Below, one piece after another: positions 41,044 through 51,795 of a stretch of 64,000 bases of DNA. The notes beneath the pieces were generated by a model that saw only the letters and a list, made by a program, of their open reading frames with translations, made no database searches and was not told where the DNA came from. The stretch covers positions 5,084,001-5,148,000 of the forward strand of contig CAKKNE010000001.1 of the NCBI GenBank assembly GCA_918797485.1, in the 5' to 3' direction. Every line of letters begins with the position of its first letter. The first letter of the stretch is position 1. Both the position numbers and the translations under genes were made by a program. The stretch is from Pelagomonas calceolata (Eukaryota).

Positions 41044-41352
41044 GGTGTCGTCGTAGAGGAGAGTATGTGCCGATTTGCCCGTGATAGGTGCGAGAAGGGC
41101 CGCGTTTGCTGCCGCGTTTTTTGCAATGCGTCGTCCGACTGCCGGGGCCCAGCCGGGGCTGCCCCTCGGCGCTCGGCCATGCTCCGCCATTGGTACAGCT
41201 GCTGGCTGCCCTGCCTCGATCACGACTTGTCACGATGTCACGCAGGCGTCGTCCAGAGCTGGTCCTCACTGAGAATGTATCGGAACTGTGTCAGATTCCT
41301 CGGGGGGCAGCACTACTGCCGTGTATGGCGGCGCGGGGGGCAAACTGGCTTG

Positions 41353-41374
41353 CTAGTGTCTTACAGGCCGCTAG
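41353..41374 (+). promoter_or_regulatory. CTAG-box motif (ctagtgtcttacaggccgctag)
   Basis: Upstream of the minus-strand phosphatase gene. Confidence 0.7.
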
Positions 41375-41432
41375 CTGCGCTTTTTAGTCGTCGACGCGAC
41401 ATGGCGTGCTGGAGACTAATAGAAATCCTAAA

Positions 41433-42428
41433 TTACGCGAGGAACGTCGTCCAGACCTGGGGCGCGAGCTTGGACAAAGCCTCCTTCACCTTGTCCTGGA
41501 CCGCCGCCGACGGCGTCAGCGCGATCATCAACCCCCCTCGCCCGGTGCCGCTCATCTTCGCGCCAATAGCACCGGCAGACCGCGCCGCGTCCACCAAAGC
41601 GTCTAATTCCGGACAGGACACCGTGAGCTCTTGACACAACGCGTGGTTCTCGTCGAGACATTTCCCGAGTGCGTTGACGTCGCCCGCGTCCAATGCACTC
41701 TCCCCTCTTTTCAATAGAGCCTCGTACTTCGTCAACAACCCCGCGAACCAAGCTTCATCCGCTTCTTTCTTCGCTCTAACATCACCGACAACAGTTGTGG
41801 TCGAGGCGGTAATCCCCGTCGACGCATAAACAATTCTAATGGGCTCCCTCAGTTTCTTCTTCTCGAAGATCGGCGCGCCGTCCGTCCGACAAAACCGTAA
41901 AACCCCACCGAACGTCGCCGCCGTGTTGTCAATGCCCGACGGCGTGCCGTGGTAGCCCTTTTCGCCCTCGTAGCCGGCCGCGTTTATCTCGTCCTCGCTC
42001 ATTTTCAGTGGTAGAGCACGGCCCACTGCTCTAGCCAAGGCCACGACCTGCGCCGCCGACGCGCCGATGCCCGAGACGGCGCAGAGGTCGCCGCCGAACG
42101 TAAGTTTTACTCCCCGCTTGGTAGTATCCACGTTCAGATGCTTCAGCGTGAGCTGGATGGCCTCCTGCGCCTCGTCGGCCTTTTTGACCTTGTAGTGCGG
42201 CACCGCCGGCCGCTCGTCGATTACTGTGAGGCCCGGTTCCTCCAGAAATTCGCAGTCGCAGTCCGTGTACGCGGCGACCGCGCCGACCAATGCGGGCACC
42301 TTGTAGACCACGAAGTGCTCTCCGAATAATATGAGCTTACCATAACCGCGGCACTGCGCTAGTGCTCGTGCTCCGATGGCCTCGTGCCTCGCGCGTTTTG
42401 CGGCTGGTGATTCGCCGGCGTCTGCCAT
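41433..42428 (-). CDS. MVK: Mevalonate kinase
   Basis: GKLILFGEHFVVY, SGIGASAA, HGTPSGIDN, GAKMSGTGRGG. Confidence 0.92.
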   Translation of the reverse strand: MADAGESPAAKRARHEAIGARALAQCRGYGKLILFGEHFVVYKVPALVGAVAAYTDCDCEFLEEPGLTVIDERPAVPHYKVKKADEAQEAIQLTLKHLNVDTTKRGVKLTFGGDLCAVSGIGASAAQVVALARAVGRALPLKMSEDEINAAGYEGEKGYHGTPSGIDNTAATFGGVLRFCRTDGAPIFEKKKLREPIRIVYASTGITASTTTVVGDVRAKKEADEAWFAGLLTKYEALLKRGESALDAGDVNALGKCLDENHALCQELTVSCPELDALVDAARSAGAIGAKMSGTGRGGLMIALTPSAAVQDKVKEALSKLAPQVWTTFLA

Positions 42429-42546
42429 TGTCTTGTCTGCTCGATGGCGTGGCTGTGTGGCTGCAGCACGCTTGCGATATCACACCTTACGCTAATGCAG
42501 GCGTAGTAGGCGTAATCGTTAAACGTGCAAGCGCACGCCGGAAATG

Positions 42547-42568
42547 CTAGCGTCCAGTAAGGCACTAG
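42547..42568 (-). promoter_or_regulatory. CTAG-box motif (ctagcgtccagtaaggcactag)
   Basis: Between divergent genes. Confidence 0.7.
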
Positions 42569-42726
42569 AAAGCTACGCACGAAGCCCCAAAGCTCACGTC
42601 GCACTGATACGCGTGCTAATCGTCGTTTGGTACAGACGCGGGAGTCGTTTCGCAGCGTATACTGTCCACGGCTACTCTACGGCTGCTCATACCACGGGTA
42701 ACATTGTAATGGCAGCCCACCATGTC

Positions 42727-44141
42727 ATGCCGAGACTCGTCGGTTTCGCGCTCGCGCTGCTCGCAAAAGCGCAGCAAACCAACCGCTCGACAAATGGCAC
42801 GAACGTCTCACGACAAAACGACTGCGCCAAGCGGCCGGGCCTCCCGCCGGACTTTCCCGCGCTCTACGAGGAATTAAATAATGGCTCGTACAGCGAGCGG
42901 CTCTACGGTGCGCGGCACAAGCTGCCGCGCTGCTCGCAGCTGCGCCTGCTCTGGCTGTCGCTCATGGACAACGCTACGTTAAGGACGATCCATTTATGTG
43001 GCGACAAGGGCATGGTGCCCCGGCCCATCCCGCCGCGGCTGCTCTACTTCCCGTTCACCTACGAGTACAAGGATTCGGCGATGGTCCCCACTTTACTAGG
43101 AAACGCGCCCGACCTGCGGGACCCGCCGCTCGAGCCGTGGGGGCTTCCGTCGAACGCGTGGGTCGAGGTCACGCACTGCCCCGTCGGCGCCTGCGTGGAA
43201 ATCAACCAGTGAGTGAGGTTATCCTGAGGAATATTGCGGAGACCTCCGTGCGCCTCCACGCCATCGAGCAGACGCGGTCATGGGAACAACGTCGCGTCGA
43301 TGGCGTAGAATCTCCACGCCATCGAGCAGACGCGGTCATGGGAACAACGTCGCGACGAAGGCGTGGGGCGCCTGAAGTTTGATTTCCACGCAGGTCGGCG
43401 CCGAGGGCGAGAACTTGTATTTCTACCGCATGCCGGGCAGCGGCCTCTCGATCTACACGGGTCATGTCCTCGTGCTCAACAAGAACGCCCCGAAAAATAC
43501 CCAGGCCTCAAATAAAAGCTTCTACAAGACGGAGAACGAGTTCCGCGGCCCCGGCGAGCCCATGCGTAAAAGGTTCGAGCGCGTCAAAAGTGAAGGCTTC
43601 GACACGGTCCACGCGCCCCAATCCAAGGGCCTGGGCCAGGAGATTCTGGCCCTGCGCCACGCGGGCCAATCCCTCGGCAGGAGGGGGCATCGGATCAACG
43701 GCCACGATCTCGTGAAGGCCGGCCACATGCGGTGCGGCCAGCCGCCCGACGTCCGCGTCTGCGCCTGTGTGGAAATCAAAATTTTACGGCGCGTTCGTGC
43801 TGAATCGTCGCGTCGTCCTCCACGCCATCGACGCGACGCCTGCTCGATGGCATGGCGATGTCGGTTCCTCACCGCACCCGACGCACTGGTTGATTTCCAC
43901 ACAGGTCTGCGCGCCGGATGAGCCCGCAGCTTTGTTACATGAGGCCTGCCCGCCGTGGAACTCGCACCGCCCCGGTGAGCGGCTCACGGAGAAGAACCGG
44001 GAGCATATTCTACATGAGGTCGAGGGCCACGGCATCCACAGCTGCTGGAAGGGCGGCGACGACAGCGTCATGGAGAACCCGATGGCGCAGGTCGGGCGAA
44101 AACTCCGCGACGCGGTCTCGGTGCTTTTCGCGGGCTACTCG
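42727..44141 (+). CDS. Hypothetical secreted protein with two introner introns; reads in frame into the downstream FBPase-like gene
   Basis: Signal peptide MPRLVGFALALLAKA; exons join as HCP|VGAEGE and DVR|VCAPDE; no stop codon before 45215. Confidence 0.65.
43183..43393 (+). mobile_element. Introner element (GT-AG intron) in reverse orientation relative to 33616 and 43757
   Basis: Perfect 8-bp TSD GTCGGCGC (43183-43190, 43394-43401); perfect TIR CTGCGTGGAAATCAA (43191-43205, 43379-43393). Confidence 0.93.
43757..43904 (+). mobile_element. Introner element (GT-AG intron)
   Basis: Perfect 8-bp TSD GTCTGCGC (43757-43764, 43905-43912); perfect TIR CTGTGTGGAAATCAA (43765-43779, 43890-43904). 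Confidence 0.93.
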
Positions 44142-45215
44142 ACGCGCGGGCGGCTCCTGGCGCTGGCCGCCGTGGCCTCGGCGCTCCAGCCCCAGGTGCG
44201 CGCGGCGCTCAACCACTGGGAGCCCGAACTCGTGGACATCGTCGCGACGACGGCCGGCGCGACGCGGCGTCCTTATAGACATGCCTTCAATTATATTCTG
44301 GATCTCTGCTTTACGCCATCGACGCCACGTCCAACCGGCAGTCGTTTCCTCACAGACTGCTGCGCCATGATCGCGCGGCGGGTGTCTTCCCCATTGGTGC
44401 GCGAGACTTCTGGCGGTGGCGGCGTGAACGTCCAGGGCGAAAAGCAGACACCGATGGACGTCTTCGCCGACACGCTTCTCAACGACGCGCTGCGACCGCT
44501 CGCCAAGACGCTGGCGTCGGAAGAGGCAGACTCGATCATCGCCGGTTCGGGCGACACGTACAGCATCGCGTTCGACCCGCTGGACGGCTCGTCAAACGTT
44601 GCGGTCTCTCTCCCAACGGGCACCATCTTCGGCGTGTTCAAGGGGGACGCGCTCCTCGGAAAGCCGCGGCAAAACCTGGTCGCGGCCGGCTACTGCCTTT
44701 ATTCGTCGTCGTGCGAGTTCGTCGTGGCGACAGTAGACGACGGCTTGCCGCGACGCTTCTACCTCGACGGCATAATGTTTCGGGACGCGGGGACGATGCA
44801 AGAGACGCCCAAACGCGGACCATACTACAGTCTCAACGATGCGCGCGAACCGGATTGGCCAGCAGGTCTGCAGTCCTGGGTATACTCTGCCAAGCGCGGC
44901 AAGACCGCTGCGGGCACAAAGTACTCCAGTCGCTACGTCTGCGCGTTAGTCGCGGACGTCCACCGGACTCTTATCACCGGCGGGTGGGCGGGTAATCCGC
45001 GGCCGCACCTCCGGTCGCTCTACGAGGCGGCGCCGCTCGCGTTCGTGGCCAACGCGTGTGGCGGCTACGCGTCGGACGGCGTCGGCGACGTGTTGGATAT
45101 GGACATTCGCGATATTCACGCGCGAACATCATACTTCTGCGGCAGCGTCGACGACGTCAAGGACCTCGAGGCCTGCGGCGACGTCCAGCAGGGGGCGGCG
45201 ACGTATGACGCATAA
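44142..45215 (+). CDS. Class I FBPase/SBPase-family phosphatase with in-frame GC-AG intron 44257-44355
   Basis: NVQGEKQTPMDV, SEE, FDPLDGSSN, GTIFGV, AAGY, RYVCALVADVHRTL, LYEAAP; start unclear. Confidence 0.85.
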   Translation, partial: TRGRLLALAAVASALQPQVRAALNHWEPELVDIVATTAGATRRPYRHAFNYILDLCFTPSTPRPTGSRFLTDCCAMIARRVSSPLVRETSGGGGVNVQGEKQTPMDVFADTLLNDALRPLAKTLASEEADSIIAGSGDTYSIAFDPLDGSSNVAVSLPTGTIFGVFKGDALLGKPRQNLVAAGYCLYSSSCEFVVATVDDGLPRRFYLDGIMFRDAGTMQETPKRGPYYSLNDAREPDWPAGLQSWVYSAKRGKTAAGTKYSSRYVCALVADVHRTLITGGWAGNPRPHLRSLYEAAPLAFVANACGGYASDGVGDVLDMDIRDIHARTSYFCGSVDDVKDLEACGDVQQGAATYDA

Positions 45216-45325
45216 CGCTCCCCTCGATCCGGCACCGAACGACCAGCGCGACGGCGGTGAGTCCCGTGACGAGTCGCGTCGTCGTCGTGTCCTTCTTTAG
45301 GATATTCCACCCCTAATCATTTTTA

Positions 45326-46021
45326 CTAATCTTTCTTAGTACCCCCACCACCAGGCTCCCAGGCCCAGACGTCCGCGACCGTCGTCTCGTCGATCCACGC
45401 GATCAACCGCTGCACCGGTGCCGAGCAGATTATGCGCCAAAATATGAGCGGCGTGAGGATACCGAGGCCCCATTTGCCCGCTCGCCACGTCAGCCACGGC
45501 GTCAACGAACAAAGCGCGACCGCCGACGCGACGAGGAAGGATTTGACGAGCGCTCCTCCCAGGTAGGGCCGCACGCCGAGTGTCCAGGCCGCGGGCAGCG
45601 TCTCCGCGTAGCCCGGAAATATGAGCCACGTGGACCCGATCAAGAGGGTCGCGAATTGGCCGACGCAGCACCGCACGAAGACGGCCAGCGGTTTATTTTT
45701 ACCGCTGCCGACGAGCCACGCGCACGCACTAAACCCCACGACGTAGCCTATGGTAGGTTTGTGCACGCCTCGCCGCCAGCCCGTGTAGACCGGCAGGCCC
45801 GCGAGCGCCGCGACGGCGTATAACGCGGAGCCCACCGTCGCCGCGGTGCGTCCCAAAAAGACAGCGCTCGCGCATACCGCCAGCGTGTGGCCCGTCATCG
45901 CGGGCGCGTCCGGGATGGGTCGTACTCGAATACGCGCTCCCATCAAGATGCTCCCGATCGTCAGGAACACGCGGGGGCCGTAGTGGATCGTGGCCTTGGC
46001 TGCAGCTTTGTGCCACGCCAT
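45326..46021 (-). CDS. bioY: BioY-family biotin transporter-like membrane protein
   Basis: PAMTGHTLAV...LG...LY...GLPVY, PTIGYVVGF, GVRPYL.GALVK. Confidence 0.8.
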   Translation of the reverse strand: MAWHKAAAKATIHYGPRVFLTIGSILMGARIRVRPIPDAPAMTGHTLAVCASAVFLGRTAATVGSALYAVAALAGLPVYTGWRRGVHKPTIGYVVGFSACAWLVGSGKNKPLAVFVRCCVGQFATLLIGSTWLIFPGYAETLPAAWTLGVRPYLGGALVKSFLVASAVALCSLTPWLTWRAGKWGLGILTPLIFWRIICSAPVQRLIAWIDETTVADVWAWEPGGGGTKKD

Positions 46022-46292
46022 GAGGGCTGCCTTTTTTTTATGTAGGCGCCTCCTAGAATGTCCGTCGATGTTCTGCACGTGCGACAAGCTGGATATACAG
46101 CCGTTTATGCACCAATTTCAGAGCGGCGGACGATATCTAGTATGTCTATACCTCCTTTGCAGCAGCCATTGCAGCCATTGCAGCCATTACAGGTCGGTGC
46201 AGGCGCTAATTACCTGCATTCTGGTTGCATACGGGATAGTGCACAAAGCTCGGCGCAAACGGGCATCGCTGCGGGCACGCCATCGCTGCACC

Positions 46293-46907
46293 ATGGAGCT
46301 TGATGACAGCGAGGACAGGAGCGACGGCGTCGACTTCGAGCAGGGCTGCACGGAGGACGCGCAGGGCTCCTGCCGCTGGCGCGACGGCGCGACCGAAGTC
46401 GTGGCGACGGTCGACGGCCCCACGCATCGAACCGACCGCGCGGCGTCGCAGGACCCCGGTCGCGGCGGCCTCGAGATCCGGGCGCAACTCGCCGCGCGGT
46501 CGTCGGTCAAGGACCGCAACGCCGCCGAAAAGGCGGTGGAGGACGCGTTACATGCGTCGCTGGGCGCCGCGCTCGACGCCGCCGCGTGCCCGCGGCGCGT
46601 GACGACGGTCTTCTGCCTCGTGATCGCCGACGACCAGACGGCGGCGCAGCGGTGCGCGCTGAACGCGGCGTCGCTGGCGTTGTTAGACGCGCGCGCGCCG
46701 ATGCGAGCGATACCCCTGGCGGTTTCGGTCGACTGCGGCGGATGCGCCGTGGACGTGGTCCTGGACGCGGCGCGCGACGACGCCGCGGTGCTCGCGCTCG
46801 AGTCGCGCGGCGCGCCAGTTAAAGGCAACGAGATGCTCGAGGCCGTCCGGCGGGCGGGCGAGGACGTCAAGGCGCTCCGCGCGCGCGTGCTCGCGGGTGG
46901 ACGATAA
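46293..46907 (+). CDS. RNase PH-like exosome subunit (Rrp46/EXOSC5-like)
   Basis: AQGSC.W..G.TEVVATVDGP, CPR, ALNAASLALLDA..PM. Confidence 0.78.
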   Translation: MELDDSEDRSDGVDFEQGCTEDAQGSCRWRDGATEVVATVDGPTHRTDRAASQDPGRGGLEIRAQLAARSSVKDRNAAEKAVEDALHASLGAALDAAACPRRVTTVFCLVIADDQTAAQRCALNAASLALLDARAPMRAIPLAVSVDCGGCAVDVVLDAARDDAAVLALESRGAPVKGNEMLEAVRRAGEDVKALRARVLAGGR

Positions 46908-47084
46908 TAATAGTGTACGTTGCTTATATACACGGGGGAAAACAGGGGGCAGAACGTGAGCCATATAGGCGACGGTCCCGCCGGGGAAACAAGGGAGGCT
47001 TCGTCCTCCGTCCGTCCCGTCCGCGTGTTGATTCCGCAGGTTAGACCCCGCTGTAGGCGACGGAGCAGTCTGAGGCGTGCTAGG

Positions 47085-47306
47085 ATGCCCCGGACACGCT
47101 TCATCGAGTGGAACGCGATTGCGAAAATCGACGGGCGCGGAGTGCTCTTTGCTCATCCAATTGAGCGCCAGAGCCTCAACAACCAGTTCTCCTTCCAGAC
47201 CCTCCAGCAGTTCAAGAAGTTCTACACGGGCACGGCGTGGGACGGCATCGTGGCCTACGTCAACAAGGCGTACGAGATGCAGTGGAGCTACGGCCGCCGC
47301 TTCTAG
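47085..47306 (+). CDS. Short coding-like fragment of unknown function
   Basis: GC3-biased codons (QFSFQTLQQFKKFYTGTAWDGIVAYV...); no clear 5' end. Confidence 0.3.
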   Translation: MPRTRFIEWNAIAKIDGRGVLFAHPIERQSLNNQFSFQTLQQFKKFYTGTAWDGIVAYVNKAYEMQWSYGRRF

Positions 47307-47927
47307 GCGCATAACATTCCTTACTCGCCTCGACGAGCATGGGGGGCCGCGAGAAGGCGGAGCCCGAATCTTCCGGCGGGCTTGGGATTGCACGGGTGAG
47401 TGTTCGCGCCAGAGATCGCACATTCGTACCCCAAGGAACAGGCTCGGAGACGGTGACGACGCGCGCGGCGGCTTATGGCTTATTGGTGGCCGCGCCGCGT
47501 CCGTCTTCTCGCCGCGTTTTCACGAGGCGCGGCCACCCGCGCTCGACGAAGCTGGAGCGTTGGATGCTGCGGCCCTCGCTGGCGCCTCACACGCACGACG
47601 ATGCTGTCATGCAGCAGCCGCACTCAGCGGTGCGCCAGGCGGCCATTTGCATTCATGGGGTGGCTACACGTCAGTCGCGGAGTCGTTGCTACTGGTGCGC
47701 GCGCCATCGGTCATGCTTCTGGGACAGCCGCCGCTCCGCGCGGTCCTTGCGTGCACCGCTGCTGCATGCTGCAGCAGCAGAGCAGCCACCTTGCCCGGCG
47801 CTGATTCGCGCGCCTCAGATCGCACAGGTGCAGTTGAGACATTGAGGCATCAGCTGCTGCTCCGTGCGTGGCCTGTTGTCGCACAGAGATTCGTAGCTCG
47901 CTTATACGCGTGCGTGTGCGCTGAAAG

Positions 47928-47949
47928 CTAGTATGTGTCAACACGCTAG
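47928..47949 (+). promoter_or_regulatory. CTAG-box variant (ctagtatgtgtcaacacgctag)
   Basis: About 135 bp upstream of the ATG at 48085. Confidence 0.55.
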
Positions 47950-48084
47950 CTCCATTGGCTTGTGTTTTTGCGCGGCCCCAGTGGTCTCAATATCGAGCCC
48001 CTGCTCCCATAAAACTCCACCGAAGTATCTCTTATCAGCTGCCTCGAATCACTCTTGCGTTACCGCGCTGTCGCCTCGCACCCC

Positions 48085-50169
48085 ATGGCCCAGCAGCCTC
48101 AGCAGGTCAGGCTGCGCCTCCAGAAAGGAGACACGATCGGCGAACAAATTACCGTAGCGGCTCTCGCGGCCCTCCAAGACAAACCCGGCGAGACGTGGGG
48201 CTTCGACCCCAACGCCTTCGTATATAAACTAGTCGCGCCGAAGAGGAAAGACCCGCCCAAGAGCTGGACAACTAAGCAAAGGAGACTTACTGTGAGCTCT
48301 GTCTACGTGGGACAGGAAAAAGTAGATATATGGCCATGTGTGTCCACGAAAGTAGTCGACGGGAATCCCGTGCTGGATGCCAAGAAGATCGTGTTTGGGG
48401 AGCGCGTCCGCTACACCAAAGGGACCGGCGAGCCCTGGTTTAAGGGAGGGGATGGAACGATTTCTGGTGCGTACATGCGGAAGCTTCTCGAGCGAGCCGG
48501 TCCCGACTCCGAGGGGGAGCTGGTGAAGGCGGCTCAAAAGTCCGTGAAGCCGACGCAGTACGAACCGCTGCCGGACTGTATTGTGGTTGTGTGCGAGGTC
48601 GATGGCCGCAAAGGCGGCACAAAAAAGCATTACTGCTGCCGCGGAGCTCCGGACGACGCCGACATCAGAGAAGAGGCCGCGATTGCGGCCATCGGCGCCG
48701 CGCTGTCCTACCGCAACGTCCCGAACATCAAGGAGGACTCGATCTACCTCAAGATGTCCACTAGGATCCAGGAGGCCACGCGGAAGGCGTTGGAGGGGAA
48801 GCCCTGGAAGGAGTATAACCTGGCGGACTACATCGTCGCGAACCTGCCCGGCGAGCGGACTACAATAGACCGCAAGGGCAAGGCGCACCACTTCTCGGCA
48901 ACTGCGGAGCCTCGGACGTTCAAGAGCGCCCCGTCTCGCAAAGTCGCCCATGAGAGGGGCGTGAAGGCCAATCCGGGCGCAGCGCGGAACGAGGAGGATC
49001 GGCGCAAATTTATCGGCGACTACAACGCGGTCCGGCGGCGACGCGGGCTCCCGGCCTGGGACGCGGCCGAGGCCGCGCCGCTGACGTTTGCTGAAGCGCC
49101 GCTGGACCAGGGGCGCGGCAAGGCTATCGAGGCTCTGGAGACGCTGGACGGCCTGAACGTAAAGGTCACGTTATATTTTCGCGCCCTGGGCGTCGCGAAT
49201 TTTATTGCCGCGGCTCCTGGGGCGTGGCGCCCGCATCAAAAATACTTCTTGGGCGACGACGCAAGCGTCTCGAGGGCCCTCCGCTTGGAGACGGACGAGA
49301 TCTGGGACGACTCGCTGAAGGAGGCGGCTCGGACGGGCACCCACGTGAAGGACGTGTTCCCGCGCCTCGCCATCGCGCGGAAGTTGCATTTGATGGTGGC
49401 GGCGGAGGCGGGTTATGATTTAGATGAGACTCAGGCGGCCGCGTTCACGGAGTATTATGGCTTCGGCTTTATGCTGAAGAAGGGCCTCGCGTCGCGCGCT
49501 TCCATTGTGCTCGCGCTGAACGTGGTGCTTGAAACCGCGAACATCGAGAGCCACGTTTGGACCGCCTTCGCCCGGGACGAATATCGCTTAGCTAATGAGA
49601 ACCAGCAGTATACGTTCAAGGTCGCGGCGATCCGGGCGGCGCGGAAGCTGCGCTGGGAGCGCGAGGGCGACTCGTTAGGTGGTGGAGACGTAGTTACGTA
49701 CGTCGCGGCGCGCGCGGTCGGCGTGACGGACGAGGACATCGCGCTCGTCGCCGAGCAGGAGTGTGACGAGCGCGTGGCCGAGGTCGCCGAGACGCTCGCG
49801 TCGCTCAAAGGCGCGGCGAAGGCGAAGTACGTCAAGGAGGTCCGCGCGCTGCTCGACAAGGCGAAGGAGGAGATGGCGATGGACGCGGAGGAGAACGCGT
49901 CGTCGTCGGACTCGGACTCGGACTCGGACTCGGGCTCGGGCTCGGGCTCGGGCTCGAACTCGAGCTCGGACGCGGACTCGGACGCGCCGCCGCCGCCTCC
50001 CAAAAAGAAACGACGCGGGCCGCCTCCCAAAAAGAAGCGACCGCCGCGGGCGACGCCCTCGCCGTCGTCGTCGCCGAGGCCGTCGTCGTACTCATCGCCG
50101 TTGAAGGAGCGGCACCAGGCTTTATCGGAGCGTCTCCGAAGCCTTGGTGGACGACGCGGTAGTCGCTAG
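48085..50169 (+). CDS. Unrecognised ~694-aa protein with SD/SG repeat and NLS-like tail
   Basis: Long ORF; PPKKKRR/PPKKKR; hexamer repeats at about 49905-49980. Confidence 0.75.
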   Translation: MAQQPQQVRLRLQKGDTIGEQITVAALAALQDKPGETWGFDPNAFVYKLVAPKRKDPPKSWTTKQRRLTVSSVYVGQEKVDIWPCVSTKVVDGNPVLDAKKIVFGERVRYTKGTGEPWFKGGDGTISGAYMRKLLERAGPDSEGELVKAAQKSVKPTQYEPLPDCIVVVCEVDGRKGGTKKHYCCRGAPDDADIREEAAIAAIGAALSYRNVPNIKEDSIYLKMSTRIQEATRKALEGKPWKEYNLADYIVANLPGERTTIDRKGKAHHFSATAEPRTFKSAPSRKVAHERGVKANPGAARNEEDRRKFIGDYNAVRRRRGLPAWDAAEAAPLTFAEAPLDQGRGKAIEALETLDGLNVKVTLYFRALGVANFIAAAPGAWRPHQKYFLGDDASVSRALRLETDEIWDDSLKEAARTGTHVKDVFPRLAIARKLHLMVAAEAGYDLDETQAAAFTEYYGFGFMLKKGLASRASIVLALNVVLETANIESHVWTAFARDEYRLANENQQYTFKVAAIRAARKLRWEREGDSLGGGDVVTYVAARAVGVTDEDIALVAEQECDERVAEVAETLASLKGAAKAKYVKEVRALLDKAKEEMAMDAEENASSSDSDSDSDSGSGSGSGSNSSSDADSDAPPPPPKKKRRGPPPKKKRPPRATPSPSSSPRPSSYSSPLKERHQALSERLRSLGGRRGSR

Positions 50170-50317
50170 ACCTGTTGTGAGGTCGTTTTTAAGAATGTCA
50201 TACTTGTACATTACGAAAGGGGGGGGGGGGACTCAACACGCATTGAGTGGGTTGTTGTAGCCGCACGCCGCGTTGGATACGTCGTTGGATGGGAGTTACT
50301 ACTAGCATAAGCAACCT

Positions 50318-51666
50318 CTACTTAGCAAACTCCGCCGCCGCCTGACCCTGCGCCAGTACCACGGCCGCCCGCACGACCGACGCCGCCTGGTCCGCTTTCA
50401 ACCGCGCCTCGGCGTCCGCGAGCCAGTCGTCCAACGGCGACGCGATCGAGGCGGGCCGCACGGAGCGCGCCGCCCGGAGGCGCCGGACCGCCCCCGACAA
50501 ATCGCCGATCTCCAGGCACCGCGCCCCGGCGTCGAGCTCGTCGCGCGCCTGGCGCCGGTCGTCGCCCGCGCCGCCGACGCCGCCCCGGACCCCCAGCCAC
50601 GCCGCCGCCGCCGCGAAGGCGTGCCCGAGCACGCCGTCCGCGTGGTCCGGCACCAATAACCACGCCCGCGCGGGCCCCTCGACGCGGTGCTTGAAGCGGC
50701 CCGCGAGCTTTTCTCGCGACGGCGCGCCCCGGACGCCGGAGGCCGCAGCTCTAACGACGGCCGCCTCCAATAAAGCGCAGGGCCCCGCGTCGAGCTGGTC
50801 GCCTTCCAGAGCGGCGGCGCACCGCAGACCGGCCCGCGCCGTCGCCAGAGCGGCCGCGGAGCGCTCGTCGCGGTTCATCTTCGTGGCGATTTTCGACGTG
50901 CATGCCTCGAGTTCCTGCGTGAGTTCCTGGGCCTGCGCGGCACGCGATCATCGAGCAGGCGTCGCGCCGATGGCGTCGAGGCGAGGTAGATCCCACCCGC
51001 ACGCCATTGCCTCGACGCTCTCGAGCAGTCGTCGCGTCGACGGCGTCCGAACGGCAGACGACTGGTGATTTGGCGCTCTCTCGTTGCCATCGGCACCGTC
51101 GAGCAGGCGCGCGAGGGGGGGGAGGGGCGCTTCGGAGGACGCCGCTCAAAGACCGTCTGGAGCCGCGGCGCGTCGTCCCGCTCGTTCGCGGCGGCCTCGA
51201 TCTCGGCTAATAACGTTTCTCGAGCTTTCCCGTGGGCTTCGCTCTCGGCCCCCTGGACCTTGCCGCGCCAGACCGCCGCGAGCGCGTCGTCGTACTCCGT
51301 GAGGAGCCGCCGCACGTCGGCGCGCGCCTCGGCGCGCTCGCGCACCGCGGCCGCCTCGTCGCTCTTGTCGCGTTGCTCCGCCGTCCGCGCGCGCTCCTCG
51401 GCGAAGGCCTTGGCGTCCTCCGCGGCGGCCTTTTCCAACGTGGCGGCCCGCTCGCGGGAGTGCTCCTCGTCGACGGCGCGCATGAGCTGGTGCAATCTCC
51501 TAGCTTCCCAGTCCGTGCGCTCGCGCTGGGCGGCTGCCAACGCGAGCAACTTGGCGCGCAGTTCGGCGGCCTGCGCTTCGTCTGCTGGCGCCTCGGCGGC
51601 GCGCGCTGGTGCCGCGAGCAGCGCGGATGTGGTGGCGGCGGCGGCGAGCTTGCGGAGCGCAGCCAT
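50318..51666 (-). CDS. MICOS Mic60/mitofilin-like protein; one intron (acceptor 50933, donor probably 51153)
   Basis: Coiled-coil region; C-terminal L..RF...GVLGHA...GDLSGAV...DWLADAEARL..DQA. Confidence 0.75.
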
Positions 51667-51738
51667 TTCTGTCTCGCTATCGATTGGTGATCCCTTCCTT
51701 GCTGTGGCTCCAACCTCTGCACGAGTTATTGGCAGGGG

Positions 51739-51759
51739 CTAGCCCCTTAAAGGTACTAG
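51739..51759 (-). promoter_or_regulatory. CTAG-box variant (ctagccccttaaaggtactag)
   Basis: About 70 bp upstream of the Mic60-like ATG. Confidence 0.55.
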
Positions 51760-51795
51760 CAAAACGGCTATGGGGGCGTAGTAGGCGTCTAAGTA

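Noticed and set aside
49905..49980. (GACTCG/GGCTCG)n and the 18-bp repeats at ~32197-32255 as mobile repeats
   Set aside because: In-frame coding low-complexity repeats
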